From Patescibacteria group bacterium (GTDB lineage: Bacteria > Patescibacteriota > Dojkabacteria > JAKAPS01 > JAJZLI01), in assembly GCA_023380695.1 (NCBI GenBank), contig JAMCRT010000030.1, forward strand, positions 3,978-67,977: a stretch of DNA of 64,000 nucleotides. The letters run 5' to 3'. The notes beneath the pieces are model-generated. The model did not search any database, was not told the DNA's origin, and was given only the letters and a program-made list of their open reading frames with translations. Shown piece after piece: positions 29,029 through 39,821 of this stretch. The stretch's first letter is position 1. Every line of letters starts with the position of its first letter. Both the position numbers and the translations under genes were made by a program.

Positions 29029-30360
29029 TTTTTTATAAATTAAAGGTTTAATATTCTTAATTCTTTTTTCAAATCTATCTGTTATTTGCCATGCTGTTTC
29101 TATTTCATCTGTACTGGCAAAATTCATTTGTTTACCTTGAATACAATCAATTAGCAATTTTTCGTATTCACTTTTAAGCTCACCAAAATAATTAGTATAT
29201 AAATATTCCATTTTTATATTTGTAACTTTGTTTTCCTCCCCGGGAACTTTTCCCCCAAAATTAAGGTATATGCCTAACTCTGGCTGAATCATAAAATCTA
29301 AAATGTTTTGTGAAAAATCTCCACTGAATGATTCTTGTGGTATTTTTTTAAAATAAACCTTAATGTTAGTATCTTTATTTTTAAGATCCTTGCCAGATTT
29401 TATATATATTGGAACATTCCTCCATCTCTTACTTTTTAAAAACACTTTAGTAAATAAAAATGTTTCTCTAAGAGATGTTTTAGATACATTCTCTTCATCT
29501 GTATATCCTTCATATTGTCCTTTTATGAATTCTCCCAACCTAACTTTTTGCAAAATCTTGTTTTTCTCTCTTCTTATATGCTCATCATTCATAATTTTTG
29601 GCTTATTCATTGTAATAATGGAGAGCATTTGTAGTATATGGTTTTGAAAAACATCTATTAATACACCTGTTTCTTCATAAAATATCCCTCTTTTTTCAAT
29701 CCCAATATCTTCAAGTAAATTTATTTCTATCTTAGATATAAATTTATTATTCCAAATATTTTCAAAAACATTATTTACAAATCTAAATGCCAAAATATTT
29801 TGTATTGGCTCTTTTCCTAAATAATGATCAATCCTAAATATTTGAGTCTCTTTAAATAAAGAAAGGAGCAGCCTGTTAATTCTTTTTGTACTAGAAAGAT
29901 CATATCCAAAAGGTTTTTCAAGTATTATACGTGTAAATGTTTTGTGCTCTATACACTCTTTTTGCAGTCCTACCTTTCCAATACTAGATATAATCTCCTC
30001 ATATGATAGAGGAGGAACTGCAAGGTAAAATATCCTAGATCTACACCTAGATAAAAGATATTGAGAAAGAGAATTCATATCGTCAGTACTTGTAAAATCA
30101 CATTTTTTATAAATAATTTTTCCAAAAAATTCTTCTATTTTATCTTTGTTTTCTATAAAAGGAGTAAATGTTGAGAGAAATTCATCTCTTTCTATCTCTT
30201 TTCTTCCCAAGGCTATAATATTTATCTTATCTTTGTATTTAACATCCTTATATAAATTATAGAGAGCGGGAAAAAGCTTTCTGTGAGATAAATCTCCCGT
30301 TGAACCAAATATTATAAAGTCTAGCCCCTCATCAACTATTTTAGAACAAGGATTATTCAT
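28999..30360 (-). CDS. zwf: Glucose-6-phosphate 1-dehydrogenase
   Basis: IIFGSTGDLSHRKLFPALYNLY is the NADP-binding motif. RIDHYLGKE is the active-site motif. Confidence 0.9.
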   Translation of the reverse strand: MNNPCSKIVDEGLDFIIFGSTGDLSHRKLFPALYNLYKDVKYKDKINIIALGRKEIERDEFLSTFTPFIENKDKIEEFFGKIIYKKCDFTSTDDMNSLSQYLLSRCRSRIFYLAVPPLSYEEIISSIGKVGLQKECIEHKTFTRIILEKPFGYDLSSTKRINRLLLSLFKETQIFRIDHYLGKEPIQNILAFRFVNNVFENIWNNKFISKIEINLLEDIGIEKRGIFYEETGVLIDVFQNHILQMLSIITMNKPKIMNDEHIRREKNKILQKVRLGEFIKGQYEGYTDEENVSKTSLRETFLFTKVFLKSKRWRNVPIYIKSGKDLKNKDTNIKVYFKKIPQESFSGDFSQNILDFMIQPELGIYLNFGGKVPGEENKVTNIKMEYLYTNYFGELKSEYEKLLIDCIQGKQMNFASTDEIETAWQITDRFEKRIKNIKPLIYKKHSLGPELPI

Positions 30361-31636
30361 CTATTTTTTCTAATTTATATTTTAAATCTTTAAATTCCTC
30401 TTTTCCAAGTAATGCATACATATACTGCTTCCCTTTCTCAACTCCTGGCTGATTAAATGTGTCTACACCTAATAGAAATCCAAGGTATGATACAGACAAT
30501 TCAAAAAAATAAAATAATCCTCCAATATTTTCTTCATTTATTTTGTCTAGATATATGGTTCCGTTTGCTCTACTATTTTCCATTAAAGATATAGATGTAG
30601 ATTTTCTTTCAATATGAATAATATCATTAAAACTTTTCTTATATAGATAATCTGCCTCTTTAGTTAAAGTATCAATCTCTACTAATTCATCAAACTGAGA
30701 AACTTCAATAAAAGTGATGATTTTATCGTTTGGTCCATCATTATAAAGCTGAATTTGAGAGTGCTGATCAGTTGACCCAAGAGACGCTATTGGAGTAATT
30801 CCTATATTATTACCCTCTTTATCTTTTTTCCCTAGTGATTCTGCCCAAAGCTGTCTATACCAAAATCCAAAATTATGTAATTTAGCCGAATATGGCATAA
30901 CAACAGACATATTCTTCCCAAACTTTTTATAATTTATAAAATTAAGCTCTGCAAACATTAAAGGATCATTCTCTTTAGGCTCTCCATTTTCTGTTTTTTT
31001 ATCTATATCTTTTGCACCTTCTAAAAATTTATCTATATCAAGACCTAATACGTCAGCTGTCAAAAGCCCAATAACTGATAGGGCAGAGAATCTATCTCCT
31101 ACATCTTTTTTGCCTTCTATTATTTTTAAACTAAATTTTCTGCCTAAATTCAAAAGAGTACTGCCCTCTTCAGCTGTTGTTATTATAATATGATCTTTTA
31201 CTTTATCTTCTCCTAATTTATCTTTTATCTGAGAGACAATATATAAAAAATTTGAAATCACCTCTACAGTCTCTCCAGATTTTGATATAACATTAAAAAT
31301 ACAATCCTTTATATCTATGTTCTCAAAAAAATCTGAGATTTCCATAGGATCAGTATTGGCTCCAATAAATAAAACCTCAGTGTTACTTTTTGATTTAAAT
31401 GCTTCTGCAATCACTCTTGATCCAAGATCTGAGCCCCCAATACCAACAATCACATAATACTTAAATTTACTCCTAATAAACTCTCCCACTTTCTTTATCT
31501 TAGATGTATCATCAAAAATAAGATCTCTAAAGGTAAGACTCTCTTTTGAAAAATTTATCTGAAAAAAATCGTACTGTGAAGGAGAATTTTCTTTAATACT
31601 GGGATAAATCATGTATTTATAGTCGTATGTAATCAT
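30353..31636 (-). CDS. pgi: Glucose-6-phosphate isomerase (short bacterial/archaeal type)
   Basis: YYVIVGIGGSDLGSRVI is the PGI motif. It is translationally coupled to zwf. Confidence 0.8.
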   Translation of the reverse strand: MITYDYKYMIYPSIKENSPSQYDFFQINFSKESLTFRDLIFDDTSKIKKVGEFIRSKFKYYVIVGIGGSDLGSRVIAEAFKSKSNTEVLFIGANTDPMEISDFFENIDIKDCIFNVISKSGETVEVISNFLYIVSQIKDKLGEDKVKDHIIITTAEEGSTLLNLGRKFSLKIIEGKKDVGDRFSALSVIGLLTADVLGLDIDKFLEGAKDIDKKTENGEPKENDPLMFAELNFINYKKFGKNMSVVMPYSAKLHNFGFWYRQLWAESLGKKDKEGNNIGITPIASLGSTDQHSQIQLYNDGPNDKIITFIEVSQFDELVEIDTLTKEADYLYKKSFNDIIHIERKSTSISLMENSRANGTIYLDKINEENIGGLFYFFELSVSYLGFLLGVDTFNQPGVEKGKQYMYALLGKEEFKDLKYKLEKIDE

Positions 31637-31694
31637 TCTTTATATATATCCCAAATTTTTTAAATTTGCAAATTTTATAGATAGATTTAACTTA

Positions 31695-31722
31695 ATAATG
31701 TGATTGGCGAAATTCAGATAAG
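31695..31722. repeat. 28-nt motif, copy 1 (taatgtgattggcgaaattcagataagg)
   Basis: About 23 of 28 positions match the copy at 32975-33002. Confidence 0.55.
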
Positions 31723-31856
31723 GTTAACAAGACAATAAAAAAATGTTAATCATAATAATGAGAATGAATACGGGAAGTAGTCTTAGATATTTTCAAGTTC
31801 TGTGTACAACTGGCTGTAAATAAAATAACACAAATGGATTTAACCATTCATAATTA

Positions 31857-32282
31857 TTACATAAATGGATTTATAACATTAATTTCACTAAATTTTTTAA
31901 ATACTTTTTCATCAGCAGTATACACCGTGTTAACATTGTTTGTAATCATTGTAGCCACAAGATATGTATCAAAAATCTCTGCATTGTTTACCTTTTTCTG
32001 TTTTAGTAACAACAACAATAACCCTATTGTTTGAGAATTGGGGCTTATAACTGTGAAATTATCAGTGACACTGTATACTTTCAGAACCTTTAATGCATCT
32101 TCATGTATAACTGGATATTCTATACGCCTCTTGTCTGTAATTACGGAATATAATTCAAGAAGGTTTTGCTGTGCTATACAAATGTTGTCTTCCATTTCAT
32201 AAAGTGCTCGAGCTTTTTCATAAAAAGTAGAGTGCGTGTTATAGGCATAAACTAAGATATTTGTATCAAAAAGCACCCTCAT
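31857..32282 (-). CDS. vapC: PIN-domain toxin
   Basis: MRVLFDTNILVYAY... Confidence 0.75.
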   Translation of the reverse strand: MRVLFDTNILVYAYNTHSTFYEKARALYEMEDNICIAQQNLLELYSVITDKRRIEYPVIHEDALKVLKVYSVTDNFTVISPNSQTIGLLLLLLKQKKVNNAEIFDTYLVATMITNNVNTVYTADEKVFKKFSEINVINPFM

Positions 32283-32517
32283 AAATATCCTTTCGTTTTA
32301 ATGAACTTATTTTGCCAAGATTCTTACTTGGTAATATTATAGTTTTTTTTCTCTTTACCATTAAACTTTTTTGTTCTGCGCTATCCTTACTTAAAAAATA
32401 TTCCATCGCAATTCGTATAGAATTATTAAAAGACATCTTGGTTTCTCTTGCCAAACTCTTGTACTCGACTACAAGAACTTTAGGTATTCTAATTGTTGTT
32501 TTTATATTTTGATCCAT
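32266..32517 (-). CDS. vapB: Ribbon-helix-helix (CopG/VapB-like) antitoxin. Start taken at the internal Met MDQNIK.
   Basis: TIRIPKVLVVEYKSLARETKMSFNNSIRIAMEYFL is an RHH fold. It overlaps vapC by 17 nt. Confidence 0.6.
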   Translation of the reverse strand: MDQNIKTTIRIPKVLVVEYKSLARETKMSFNNSIRIAMEYFLSKDSAEQKSLMVKRKKTIILPSKNLGKISSLKRKDIYEGAF

Positions 32518-32688
32518 ATTAAATATACTAACACAAAGACACGGTGCCGTCAAGTTGATAACTGATGACGGAAATGAATTTTTATTACAAATACAATATA
32601 CATTGACACAATTAGACATGTATACCATATGGTCATGGATAGTATAACCCAAGATAACATAGTATATACACCAGAATAAGTATCTCAA

Positions 32689-32910
32689 ATGCTACAAGTG
32701 AGCACTAATACCATATATTCACTAATAAAGAAAGGTGATATTGTCGCTAAAAAATTTGGAAGTGTGTATAGAATTCTAAAAGGTTTCATTTTCTTTATTT
32801 TTAGTGGAATGGATTACGATATTTATTTAAAAGAAAGAGAGGATTATAAAAATATAGATAAAGTAGAGAGAGAACTATCTATGATTAGAAACTCTAGTAA
32901 AATTTCGTGA
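32689..32910 (+). CDS. Excisionase-family (HTH_17 / MerR-like) DNA-binding protein
   Basis: VSTNTIYSLIKKGDIVAKKFGSVYRI. Confidence 0.55.
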   Translation: MLQVSTNTIYSLIKKGDIVAKKFGSVYRILKGFIFFIFSGMDYDIYLKEREDYKNIDKVERELSMIRNSSKIS

Positions 32911-32974
32911 AAATTTAGATTCTGATGTTATCATTTCATCCTTTATTTCATCCACTGGTGCTTCATATTATCTA

Positions 32975-33013
32975 GTAATGTGACTGGCGAATTAGAAAAA
33001 GGCAGTCACATTA
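32975..33013. repeat. 28-nt motif, copy 2. It is embedded in a palindrome AATGTGACTG-N16-CAGTCACATT.
   Basis: taatgtgactggcgaattagaaaaaggcagtcacatta. Confidence 0.55.
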
Positions 33014-33144
33014 TTAACATTCTTTTCTATTAATATCTAATTCTCTTTAAATATAAACAAAATTATAGATTCTCTGCGTCTGAATTTTGACAAAATGTAT
33101 ATTTATTATATATAATCTGCTTTATTTTAAAATATATATAAAAT

Positions 33145-33852
33145 ATGCAAAATTTTGAAAATGGAACTTCTTTATATGTTATAGAGGATACAAAGATACC
33201 TTTACCATTCATAGATATTGAGTTAAATAATATTATCTCTAATAAAAATTATTCCCTAGAAATAAAAGAGTCTAGAATTGGGGACTTATTGGGCAAAGTT
33301 CTAGAACAAATAGGTAATGAAATTAATAATGACTTAACTGAAATAGATATAGATCCATTACTTCCTATAATACAAACAATGGACAAATTTCAAAAAGAAA
33401 CAGTAGGATTACAAAATGACAATATATATCTCTTTAATCTCTTAAAATCTCAGATAATAAAGGATTACTATGAAAAGAGTCTCCCGATATCTGGCAATTG
33501 GGAAGATCAATTTCAGGGCAAAGACGATCTAAGTATCAACTTAAATGAAGTCACAAATATGGTTGAGTCTTTTTTTGTATTCATAAAAGAGTTTACTGAT
33601 AAGTTAGATGTACACAAAGATAGAGAAGGGTATAAGTTTATTACAGCAGAAACTATTACTGTATTCTTAAAATTTTATCAAGTTACAAATCTTTGGGAAA
33701 TTTTTAAATCTCATAATTATTACGATAGAAATAACCTAAAATTACAAATTGTATGCCTTACTAAAGATATAGACTCTATTTTTAGAAAAAATTTTGGAAA
33801 ACCCACTGTATCTATTTTTAGAGCATTCCTAAAACAAAGAATTATGCAATAA
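33145..33852 (+). CDS. Hypothetical protein
   Basis: Intact 235 aa ORF with no recognisable family. Confidence 0.4.
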   Translation: MQNFENGTSLYVIEDTKIPLPFIDIELNNIISNKNYSLEIKESRIGDLLGKVLEQIGNEINNDLTEIDIDPLLPIIQTMDKFQKETVGLQNDNIYLFNLLKSQIIKDYYEKSLPISGNWEDQFQGKDDLSINLNEVTNMVESFFVFIKEFTDKLDVHKDREGYKFITAETITVFLKFYQVTNLWEIFKSHNYYDRNNLKLQIVCLTKDIDSIFRKNFGKPTVSIFRAFLKQRIMQ

Positions 33853-33855
33853 AAC

Positions 33856-34518
33856 CTATACTATAAATTCTTCTCCTGAATCTTTCCAATCTTCAAGAAA
33901 TTTTTCTAACCCAGCATCAGTTAATGGGTGATTATACATTTCTATTATAAATTGATACGGAGATGTAATTATATCTACACCCAACAATGCAGCTCTCATA
34001 ATGTGTTCTAGTGATCTTACAGATGCAAATAAGACTTGAGTTTAGGAATGCTCTAAAAATAGAATTTTAACTATATCCTCAACTACTGTCACCCCTTCCA
34101 TGCTAATATCATCTAACCTTCCAACAAATGGAGATACAAAATATGCTCCTGCATTTGCCGAAAGTACTGCCTGCATAGCAGAAAAAACTAATGTTACATT
34201 CACTCTAATACCTTGCTCTGTTAATATTTTACATGCTTTTATCCCATCTCTTGTACATGGAACCTTTACTACAACCCTTTCATCTAAAAGGGAGAGGGCT
34301 TTTCCTTGAGTAACCATTGTTTCTGCATCGGTTGCAATAACTTCAAGATTAATAATTTTATCTTTGGATAAAATTTCTCTTATCTCCTCTACTAACTGCT
34401 TAAAAGTCTTTCCTGTTTTGGATGCAAGAGTAGGGTTAGTGGTAATACCAGAAATTATACCAAGCTCTTCTAATTCTTGTATTTCTTTTGTGTCTGCACT
34501 ATCTAAAAATATCTTCAT
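33856..34518 (-). pseudogene. tal: Transaldolase (Fsa/TalC-type, about 220 aa) interrupted by a single in-frame TAA at 34042-34044
   Basis: N-terminus MKIFLDSADTKEIQELEELGIISGITTNP... Then ...VVEDIVKILFLEHS*TQVLFASVRSLEHIMRAALLGVDIITSPYQFIIEMYNHPLTDAGLEKFLEDWKDSGEEFIV*. The sequence after the stop remains in frame and is strongly transaldolase-like. Confidence 0.8.
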
Positions 34519-35459
34519 TTTTTATCCTCCTCTAAATTAATATTCATTTCATGTCCTCCAAAACCATTTCTCATTAAAGAAAGAAATCTTGAGGCATCAT
34601 CACTATTTCCAAGAGATGTAAGCCTTTCAAAATAAGCCATTGATATAGCACTAAAAGGAACCTTTTTCTCTACAGCTTCACTAACAGCCCAACTACCTTC
34701 ACCACTTTCATTTACAAAAGGCTCAATCTTTGATAAATCAGAATATTGAGAGATTTGCGTTTTCAATGTATCTATGAGAAAAGATTCTATAATACTTCCA
34801 TGTCCCCAAACATTTAATAAGCCCTCTAAATCTATACCGTTATATCGTCCATTTTTAACCAAATTTAAGCCTTCAGCTATGGATTGCATCATTCCATACT
34901 CAATTGCATTATGAATCATTTTTACGTAATGCCCTGAGCCACTTTCTCCTACATAAAAATATCCATCTTTCGTTGCCATATTTTCAAATATCCACTCTAT
35001 TTCTTTAAATTCGTCTCTGTCTCCACCAATCATTAAGCATGCACCATTTCTTGCACCCCTCATCCCTCCTGAAGTTCCACAATCAAAAAAATTTATACCC
35101 TTATCTTTTAAATCATTATATCTTTTTATAGAATCTTTATAGTAAGAATTTCCTCCATCTATAACTGTATCTCCTCTTCTTAAAAACTGTACTATCCCCT
35201 CATCTTTCCCATATAAAACTTCATCTACTGGAGATCCCTGAGGAACCATAATCCAAACTATCTTTTTTCTATCTTCAAATAATTCAAGAGTTTCTTTAAT
35301 ATTGTCCTTTACTTTTACCCCCTCTCTACTTGCATTCTCTCTATCATCTTTTCCCAGAGAAAAACCAAAAACATCTACTCCTTTATCTTTAAGATTTAAA
35401 GCTATATTAAATCCCATTTTTCCCAATCCAATTATTAGTATTTCTTTTTTATCATTCAT
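34515..35459 (-). CDS. gnd: 6-phosphogluconate dehydrogenase (decarboxylating), short NAD(P)-binding form
   Basis: ILIIGLGKMGFNIALNLKDKG...HYVKMIHNAIEYGMMQ. Confidence 0.8.
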   Translation of the reverse strand: MNDKKEILIIGLGKMGFNIALNLKDKGVDVFGFSLGKDDRENASREGVKVKDNIKETLELFEDRKKIVWIMVPQGSPVDEVLYGKDEGIVQFLRRGDTVIDGGNSYYKDSIKRYNDLKDKGINFFDCGTSGGMRGARNGACLMIGGDRDEFKEIEWIFENMATKDGYFYVGESGSGHYVKMIHNAIEYGMMQSIAEGLNLVKNGRYNGIDLEGLLNVWGHGSIIESFLIDTLKTQISQYSDLSKIEPFVNESGEGSWAVSEAVEKKVPFSAISMAYFERLTSLGNSDDASRFLSLMRNGFGGHEMNINLEEDKK

Positions 35460-35462
35460 CTG

Positions 35463-36083
35463 TTATTTGTTATCAATTAATACAGCTCTTAGGGGAGAGC
35501 CATCGGCATCTTTTAATTTTAAAGGAAGAGCTATAAAAAAATATCTTCCCTCTTTCACATCTTTTAAGTCTGCACCCTCAATTATATTTATTCCTCTATC
35601 AAATAAATATTTATGTTGAAAATCTTTTTCTCCCCTTTTTTTTACTGAAGGAGCATCAACACATATTAAAGATACCCCTATTTCATATATATATTTTATA
35701 GCACTTCTTGCAAGATAGATAAAGTTAGGATCAAATTTATCATACGCAATATCTGAATTTCTTGTTTTTAAAACCAATATTTTAGTATCTATACTATAAT
35801 TTTCTAAATCCTTTTTTTCTATGGCTCCTGCAACACTACTTAAATCTAACAAAATACATTCTCCCATTAAATCAATGATAGGAATTGAGGCAACATCTTT
35901 ACCCCCTTTTATAAAATGCATAGGGGAGTCTAGGTGTGTTCCGAAATGTGTTCCCATTGTAACCTCAGAAAGATTATACCCATCACTATCTATTTTTTTT
36001 ACTTTTTGCATTTTAAATTCAGGATTACCTGGGTATATTGCAGTTTTGGAATCTAACAATTTGGATATATCATATATCTTCAT
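35463..36083 (-). CDS. Cyclase-family protein (kynurenine formamidase-like)
   Basis: GTHFGTHLDSPMHF is the metal-binding motif. Confidence 0.75.
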   Translation of the reverse strand: MKIYDISKLLDSKTAIYPGNPEFKMQKVKKIDSDGYNLSEVTMGTHFGTHLDSPMHFIKGGKDVASIPIIDLMGECILLDLSSVAGAIEKKDLENYSIDTKILVLKTRNSDIAYDKFDPNFIYLARSAIKYIYEIGVSLICVDAPSVKKRGEKDFQHKYLFDRGINIIEGADLKDVKEGRYFFIALPLKLKDADGSPLRAVLIDNK

Positions 36084-36126
36084 ATATATATATTAATATA
36101 TATTACAATTTAAACAAAGTGCTTAT

Positions 36127-36553
36127 TTATGACTTACCAAAAAACATGTTTATCATACTATGAATTTCACTCTCAGTAGGTATATAAGGCCTTATATACC
36201 CATAATTTAAATACCAATCTTTAGAAAACCTATCTACAATTGCAGAGTCAGGCGAAGGCAGAGACTCTATCTTAAATGTTTTTTTTGACCATACTTTTTT
36301 TAAGAATATATACCTTTGCGCTATGTGGATAAGGATATTCAGAAGACTTAGCTAAACTATTATATAAATCTACCCTAAAAATAATTTTTCTTTTCTCTCT
36401 TGATTGTATAACAATAACTGAATTGGAATTCACGTCCGAAATAGACTTTTCCCCCTCATCTGCCATCGTAGATAGATTTTCAAATAAATCTTTTAATACT
36501 TCATTTGAAGGATAATTGTTTTCTTCTTGTCCTACATCTGTTTCAAGGTTCAT
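36127..36553 (-). pseudogene. Frameshifted paralog of the downstream hypothetical gene
   Basis: The 93 aa ORF (36272..36553) matches the N-terminus of the 145 aa neighbour. The C-terminal homology (...IESLPSPDSAIVDRFSKDWYLNYGYIRPYIPTESEIHSMINMFFGKS*) continues in another frame down to 36127. Confidence 0.5.
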
Positions 36554-36582
36554 TATACCATTTATTATAACATCTTTTAGAT

Positions 36583-37020
36583 TTATTTACTATCATCAAA
36601 AAATCTTTTTATCTTTTGAACCTCACTCTCGGTTGGTATATATGCTCTATATGATTCATTTAAATACCTGTCTTTATCAAAATCTTGTATTTCTTCTAGG
36701 GGTATGCCACTAAAGGAAATTCCTTCAACAGCTTCTATATTAAACTTTTTTCCTCCTACCCTTTTCTTAAGGAAATACATTCTTTCATTATGGGGCCTAC
36801 AATATTCACTGTCCTCAACTAAATTGCCATATTGCTGTATACTAAAAATGACATTTCTCTTTTTAACTGACTGAATAACAAAAGCTACATTTGTGTTCTC
36901 GGGCGACAGAAAACTCTTTTTTCTGTCTGGCATATTTGATAGTTTTTCAAATAAATTTTTTAATACCTCATTTGATGGATACTGGATTTCCTCTTGAGCT
37001 ATATTTATTTCTACTTTCAT
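36583..37020 (-). CDS. Hypothetical protein, intact tandem paralog
   Basis: QEEIQYPSNEVLKNLFEKLS... is shared with the upstream pseudogene. Confidence 0.5.
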   Translation of the reverse strand: MKVEINIAQEEIQYPSNEVLKNLFEKLSNMPDRKKSFLSPENTNVAFVIQSVKKRNVIFSIQQYGNLVEDSEYCRPHNERMYFLKKRVGGKKFNIEAVEGISFSGIPLEEIQDFDKDRYLNESYRAYIPTESEVQKIKRFFDDSK

Positions 37021-37349
37021 TATACACTTTATTATACACCTTTCAGAATAAATCTTCTATAGAATACCTTGCTCAACAGATTTAATCTCCTTTTAATAAA
37101 TTAAGTCTATGGTAATTTAAGTATTTACATTTAAATACATTTAATATAGTTTAATATATAATAATATTATGAAGAAAATAGACGAACAAGAAATATTGAA
37201 AAGTTTAGCTCTAGAAGGTGTACTTGTAGAACATAGTATTGGATTTCTAAGAGAGCTATCAGTTATTACAGAAGGTAAAGATGACGTATCTTTAAAGATA
37301 TTACCCTTAGAAAATCCATCTTACTGTGTAGATATAACTCCCCATTCTT

Positions 37350-39278
37350 TTAATCTTGAATAACCTCTCCTTCTTTTACGCTGTCATCTCCTTTATCATC
37401 TTTATCTGAACTATTATCTCCACTCCCTGTATCTTCTTCAGGAGGATTTTCATCGGTAGGCTGAGTTGAAGTATTTGCACTCATAGCTTCTCCCACTTCT
37501 TGCATTAAAGCCTCTAGTTCTCGCAGTGCTGCCTCTATTTTTTCTTTTTCCACATTTTCATCACCCAAAAGAGTTCTAAGCTCAGATATCTTGTCGTTTA
37601 GTGCTATTTTTTTATCTTCAGGAATTTTGTCCTTATTTTCATCCATGAAATTTTCAGCCCCAAAAATTACTGAATCTACTGTATTTTTCAATTCTATCAT
37701 TTCCTTCTTTTTAGAATCTTCAGCACTATGAGCTTCTGCGTCTTTTATGAGAGCATCCACTTCTTCGTCTGACAAAGATGTATTTGCAGTAATTGTTATA
37801 TGCTGACTCTTTCCTGTAGCCTTATCTTGTGCAGATACTTTTAATATCCCATTTGCATCAATATCAAATGTTACCTCTATTTGTGGAACACCTCTTCTTT
37901 GAGGAGCAATACCATCAAGTATAAACCTTCCTAATGTTTTGCTATCAGATGCCATTTCTCTTTCTCCTTGCAATATGTGAATTTCTACAGATGTTTGATT
38001 ATCTGCAGCTGTAGTAAATATTTGTTTTTTCTGTATAGGAATTGTTGAGTTTCTCTCTATTAGTTTTGTATTTATTCCACCTAATGTCTCAAGGCCTAAA
38101 GATAGTGGAGTAACATCAAGCAAAGTTACATCTCTTACATCTCCTGAAAGAACTCCTGCTTGAATTGCAGCACCTATTGCAACTACTTCATCTGGATTTA
38201 CACTTTTATTAGGCTCTTTTCCAAAAAATTCTTTTACCTTTTCCACAATAAGTGGTACTCTTGTCATTCCACCTACAAGAATTATTTCGTCTATATCTGA
38301 TGGCTTTTTCTTTGCATCTTCTAATGCTTTCTTAACAGGATCCATTGTTTTTACAACAAAATCACTAATAATGTTTTCAAATTGAGATCTTGTAATTGTG
38401 ACATTTAAATGTTTAGGCCCACTAGAATCTGCTGTTATGAAAGGAATGTTTATTTGAGATTGCAATGTTGATGAAAGCTCTATTTTTGCTTTCTCAGCAG
38501 CTTCTTTAAGCCTTTGCAAAGCTGCAGGGTCTTCTCTTAAATCAATATTGTTTGTTTTCTTAAATTCATCTGCAAGATAATTTATGAGTTTTTGGTCAAA
38601 GTCATCTCCGCCAAGATGAGTATCTCCGTTGGTAGAGATAACTTCAAAAATTCCATCTCCTAACTCTAGAATTGAAATATCAAAAGTTCCTCCCCCAAGA
38701 TCATATACAGCAATAGTTTTATCTCCCTTTTTATCAAATCCATATGCAAGTGCCGCAGCGGTTGGTTCATTTACTATTCTTTTTACATCTAGTCCTGCAA
38801 TTTTACCTGCATTTTTAGTTGCCTGTCTTTGAGAGTCATCAAAATATGCGGGAACTGTAATGACAGCTTCTGTTATTTTTTCACCTAAAAAACTTTCAGC
38901 ATCAGCTTTCAGTTTTGATAAAACCATAGCAGATATTGCCTCAGGTGCTAACCATTCTCCTCCAAAATCTATTTCTACTCCATTTGATTTGGATTCTCTG
39001 AGTTTAAATGGTAATAAAGTTATATCTCTTTGAACTTCAGGATCATTAAAACTTCTACCTATAAGTCTTTTTATAGAATAAAAGGTGTTTTGAGGGTTTA
39101 GTACCATTTGATTTTTCGCACTTACCCCTACTGCTCTAGCTTTATCTGGTAAAATAGCAACAACTGAAGGTGTTGTTCTTGCCCCTTCACTATTAGGAAT
39201 AATGGTAGGGGAGCCTCCCTCCATAAAAGCCATTGCTGAATTTGTTGTTCCTAAATCTATTCCTAAAATTTTTCCCAT
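37350..39278 (-). CDS. dnaK: Molecular chaperone DnaK (Hsp70)
   Basis: [18 protein letters not shown]...DLGGGTFD... Confidence 0.95.
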   Translation of the reverse strand: MGKILGIDLGTTNSAMAFMEGGSPTIIPNSEGARTTPSVVAILPDKARAVGVSAKNQMVLNPQNTFYSIKRLIGRSFNDPEVQRDITLLPFKLRESKSNGVEIDFGGEWLAPEAISAMVLSKLKADAESFLGEKITEAVITVPAYFDDSQRQATKNAGKIAGLDVKRIVNEPTAAALAYGFDKKGDKTIAVYDLGGGTFDISILELGDGIFEVISTNGDTHLGGDDFDQKLINYLADEFKKTNNIDLREDPAALQRLKEAAEKAKIELSSTLQSQINIPFITADSSGPKHLNVTITRSQFENIISDFVVKTMDPVKKALEDAKKKPSDIDEIILVGGMTRVPLIVEKVKEFFGKEPNKSVNPDEVVAIGAAIQAGVLSGDVRDVTLLDVTPLSLGLETLGGINTKLIERNSTIPIQKKQIFTTAADNQTSVEIHILQGEREMASDSKTLGRFILDGIAPQRRGVPQIEVTFDIDANGILKVSAQDKATGKSQHITITANTSLSDEEVDALIKDAEAHSAEDSKKKEMIELKNTVDSVIFGAENFMDENKDKIPEDKKIALNDKISELRTLLGDENVEKEKIEAALRELEALMQEVGEAMSANTSTQPTDENPPEEDTGSGDNSSDKDDKGDDSVKEGEVIQD

Positions 39279-39296
39279 AATTATTAATAAACTAAA

Positions 39297-39821
39297 TTAA
39301 TTTTGATTCATTTTCCCTACAATAACTCTTGCAGGCCTTATAACTTTACCATTTTGTAAAAATCCCACTCTTACTATATCGATGATTTTACCATTTTTAT
39401 CCTCATCTGCAACAACTGTACCTACAACTTCATGTGAGTAAACAGAATAATCATCCCCAACCTTAACCTCTTGCTCTTCTATCCCTTGGTTTTTTATCAC
39501 ACCAATCCCTTTATCATATATAATGTTTATTCCATTTATTGCATCTTCCATCTTCATTCCTTCATTTGATATATGCTTAATATATAAATATATATCATCA
39601 ATTATATCTAAAAATTCCCTTAAAATAATACTCTCTTTAAAATCTGTAATGTTTTCTTTCTCTGTCTCCATTCTCCTCTTCAAATTCTGATAATCTGAAA
39701 GAGAAGATTTTAATTGATTTTCCAGTAAAAGATTCTTTTCTTGCAATTCTATTACTTCTTTATTTTTTACTTTTTTTGTAACTTTTTTTGTTTTATTTTT
39801 TTTATCTTCCATATTTACCAC
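39297..39821 (-). CDS. grpE: Nucleotide exchange factor GrpE
   Basis: Coiled-coil N-terminus and a C-terminal GFLQNGKVIRPARVIV beta-domain. Between hrcA and dnaK. Confidence 0.85.
   Translation of the reverse strand: MVNMEDKKNKTKKVTKKVKNKEVIELQEKNLLLENQLKSSLSDYQNLKRRMETEKENITDFKESIILREFLDIIDDIYLYIKHISNEGMKMEDAINGINIIYDKGIGVIKNQGIEEQEVKVGDDYSVYSHEVVGTVVADEDKNGKIIDIVRVGFLQNGKVIRPARVIVGKMNQN

Noticed and set aside
36318-36330. Second exact TGTGGATAA 9-mer
   Set aside because: It lies inside a coding region far from dnaA. A single 9-mer is expected by chance about once in a 64-kb AT-rich window.
37169-37363. 64-aa plus-strand ORF downstream of dnaK
   Set aside because: It overlaps the dnaK 3' end. 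It has no recognisable motif or ribosome-binding site and is likely spurious.
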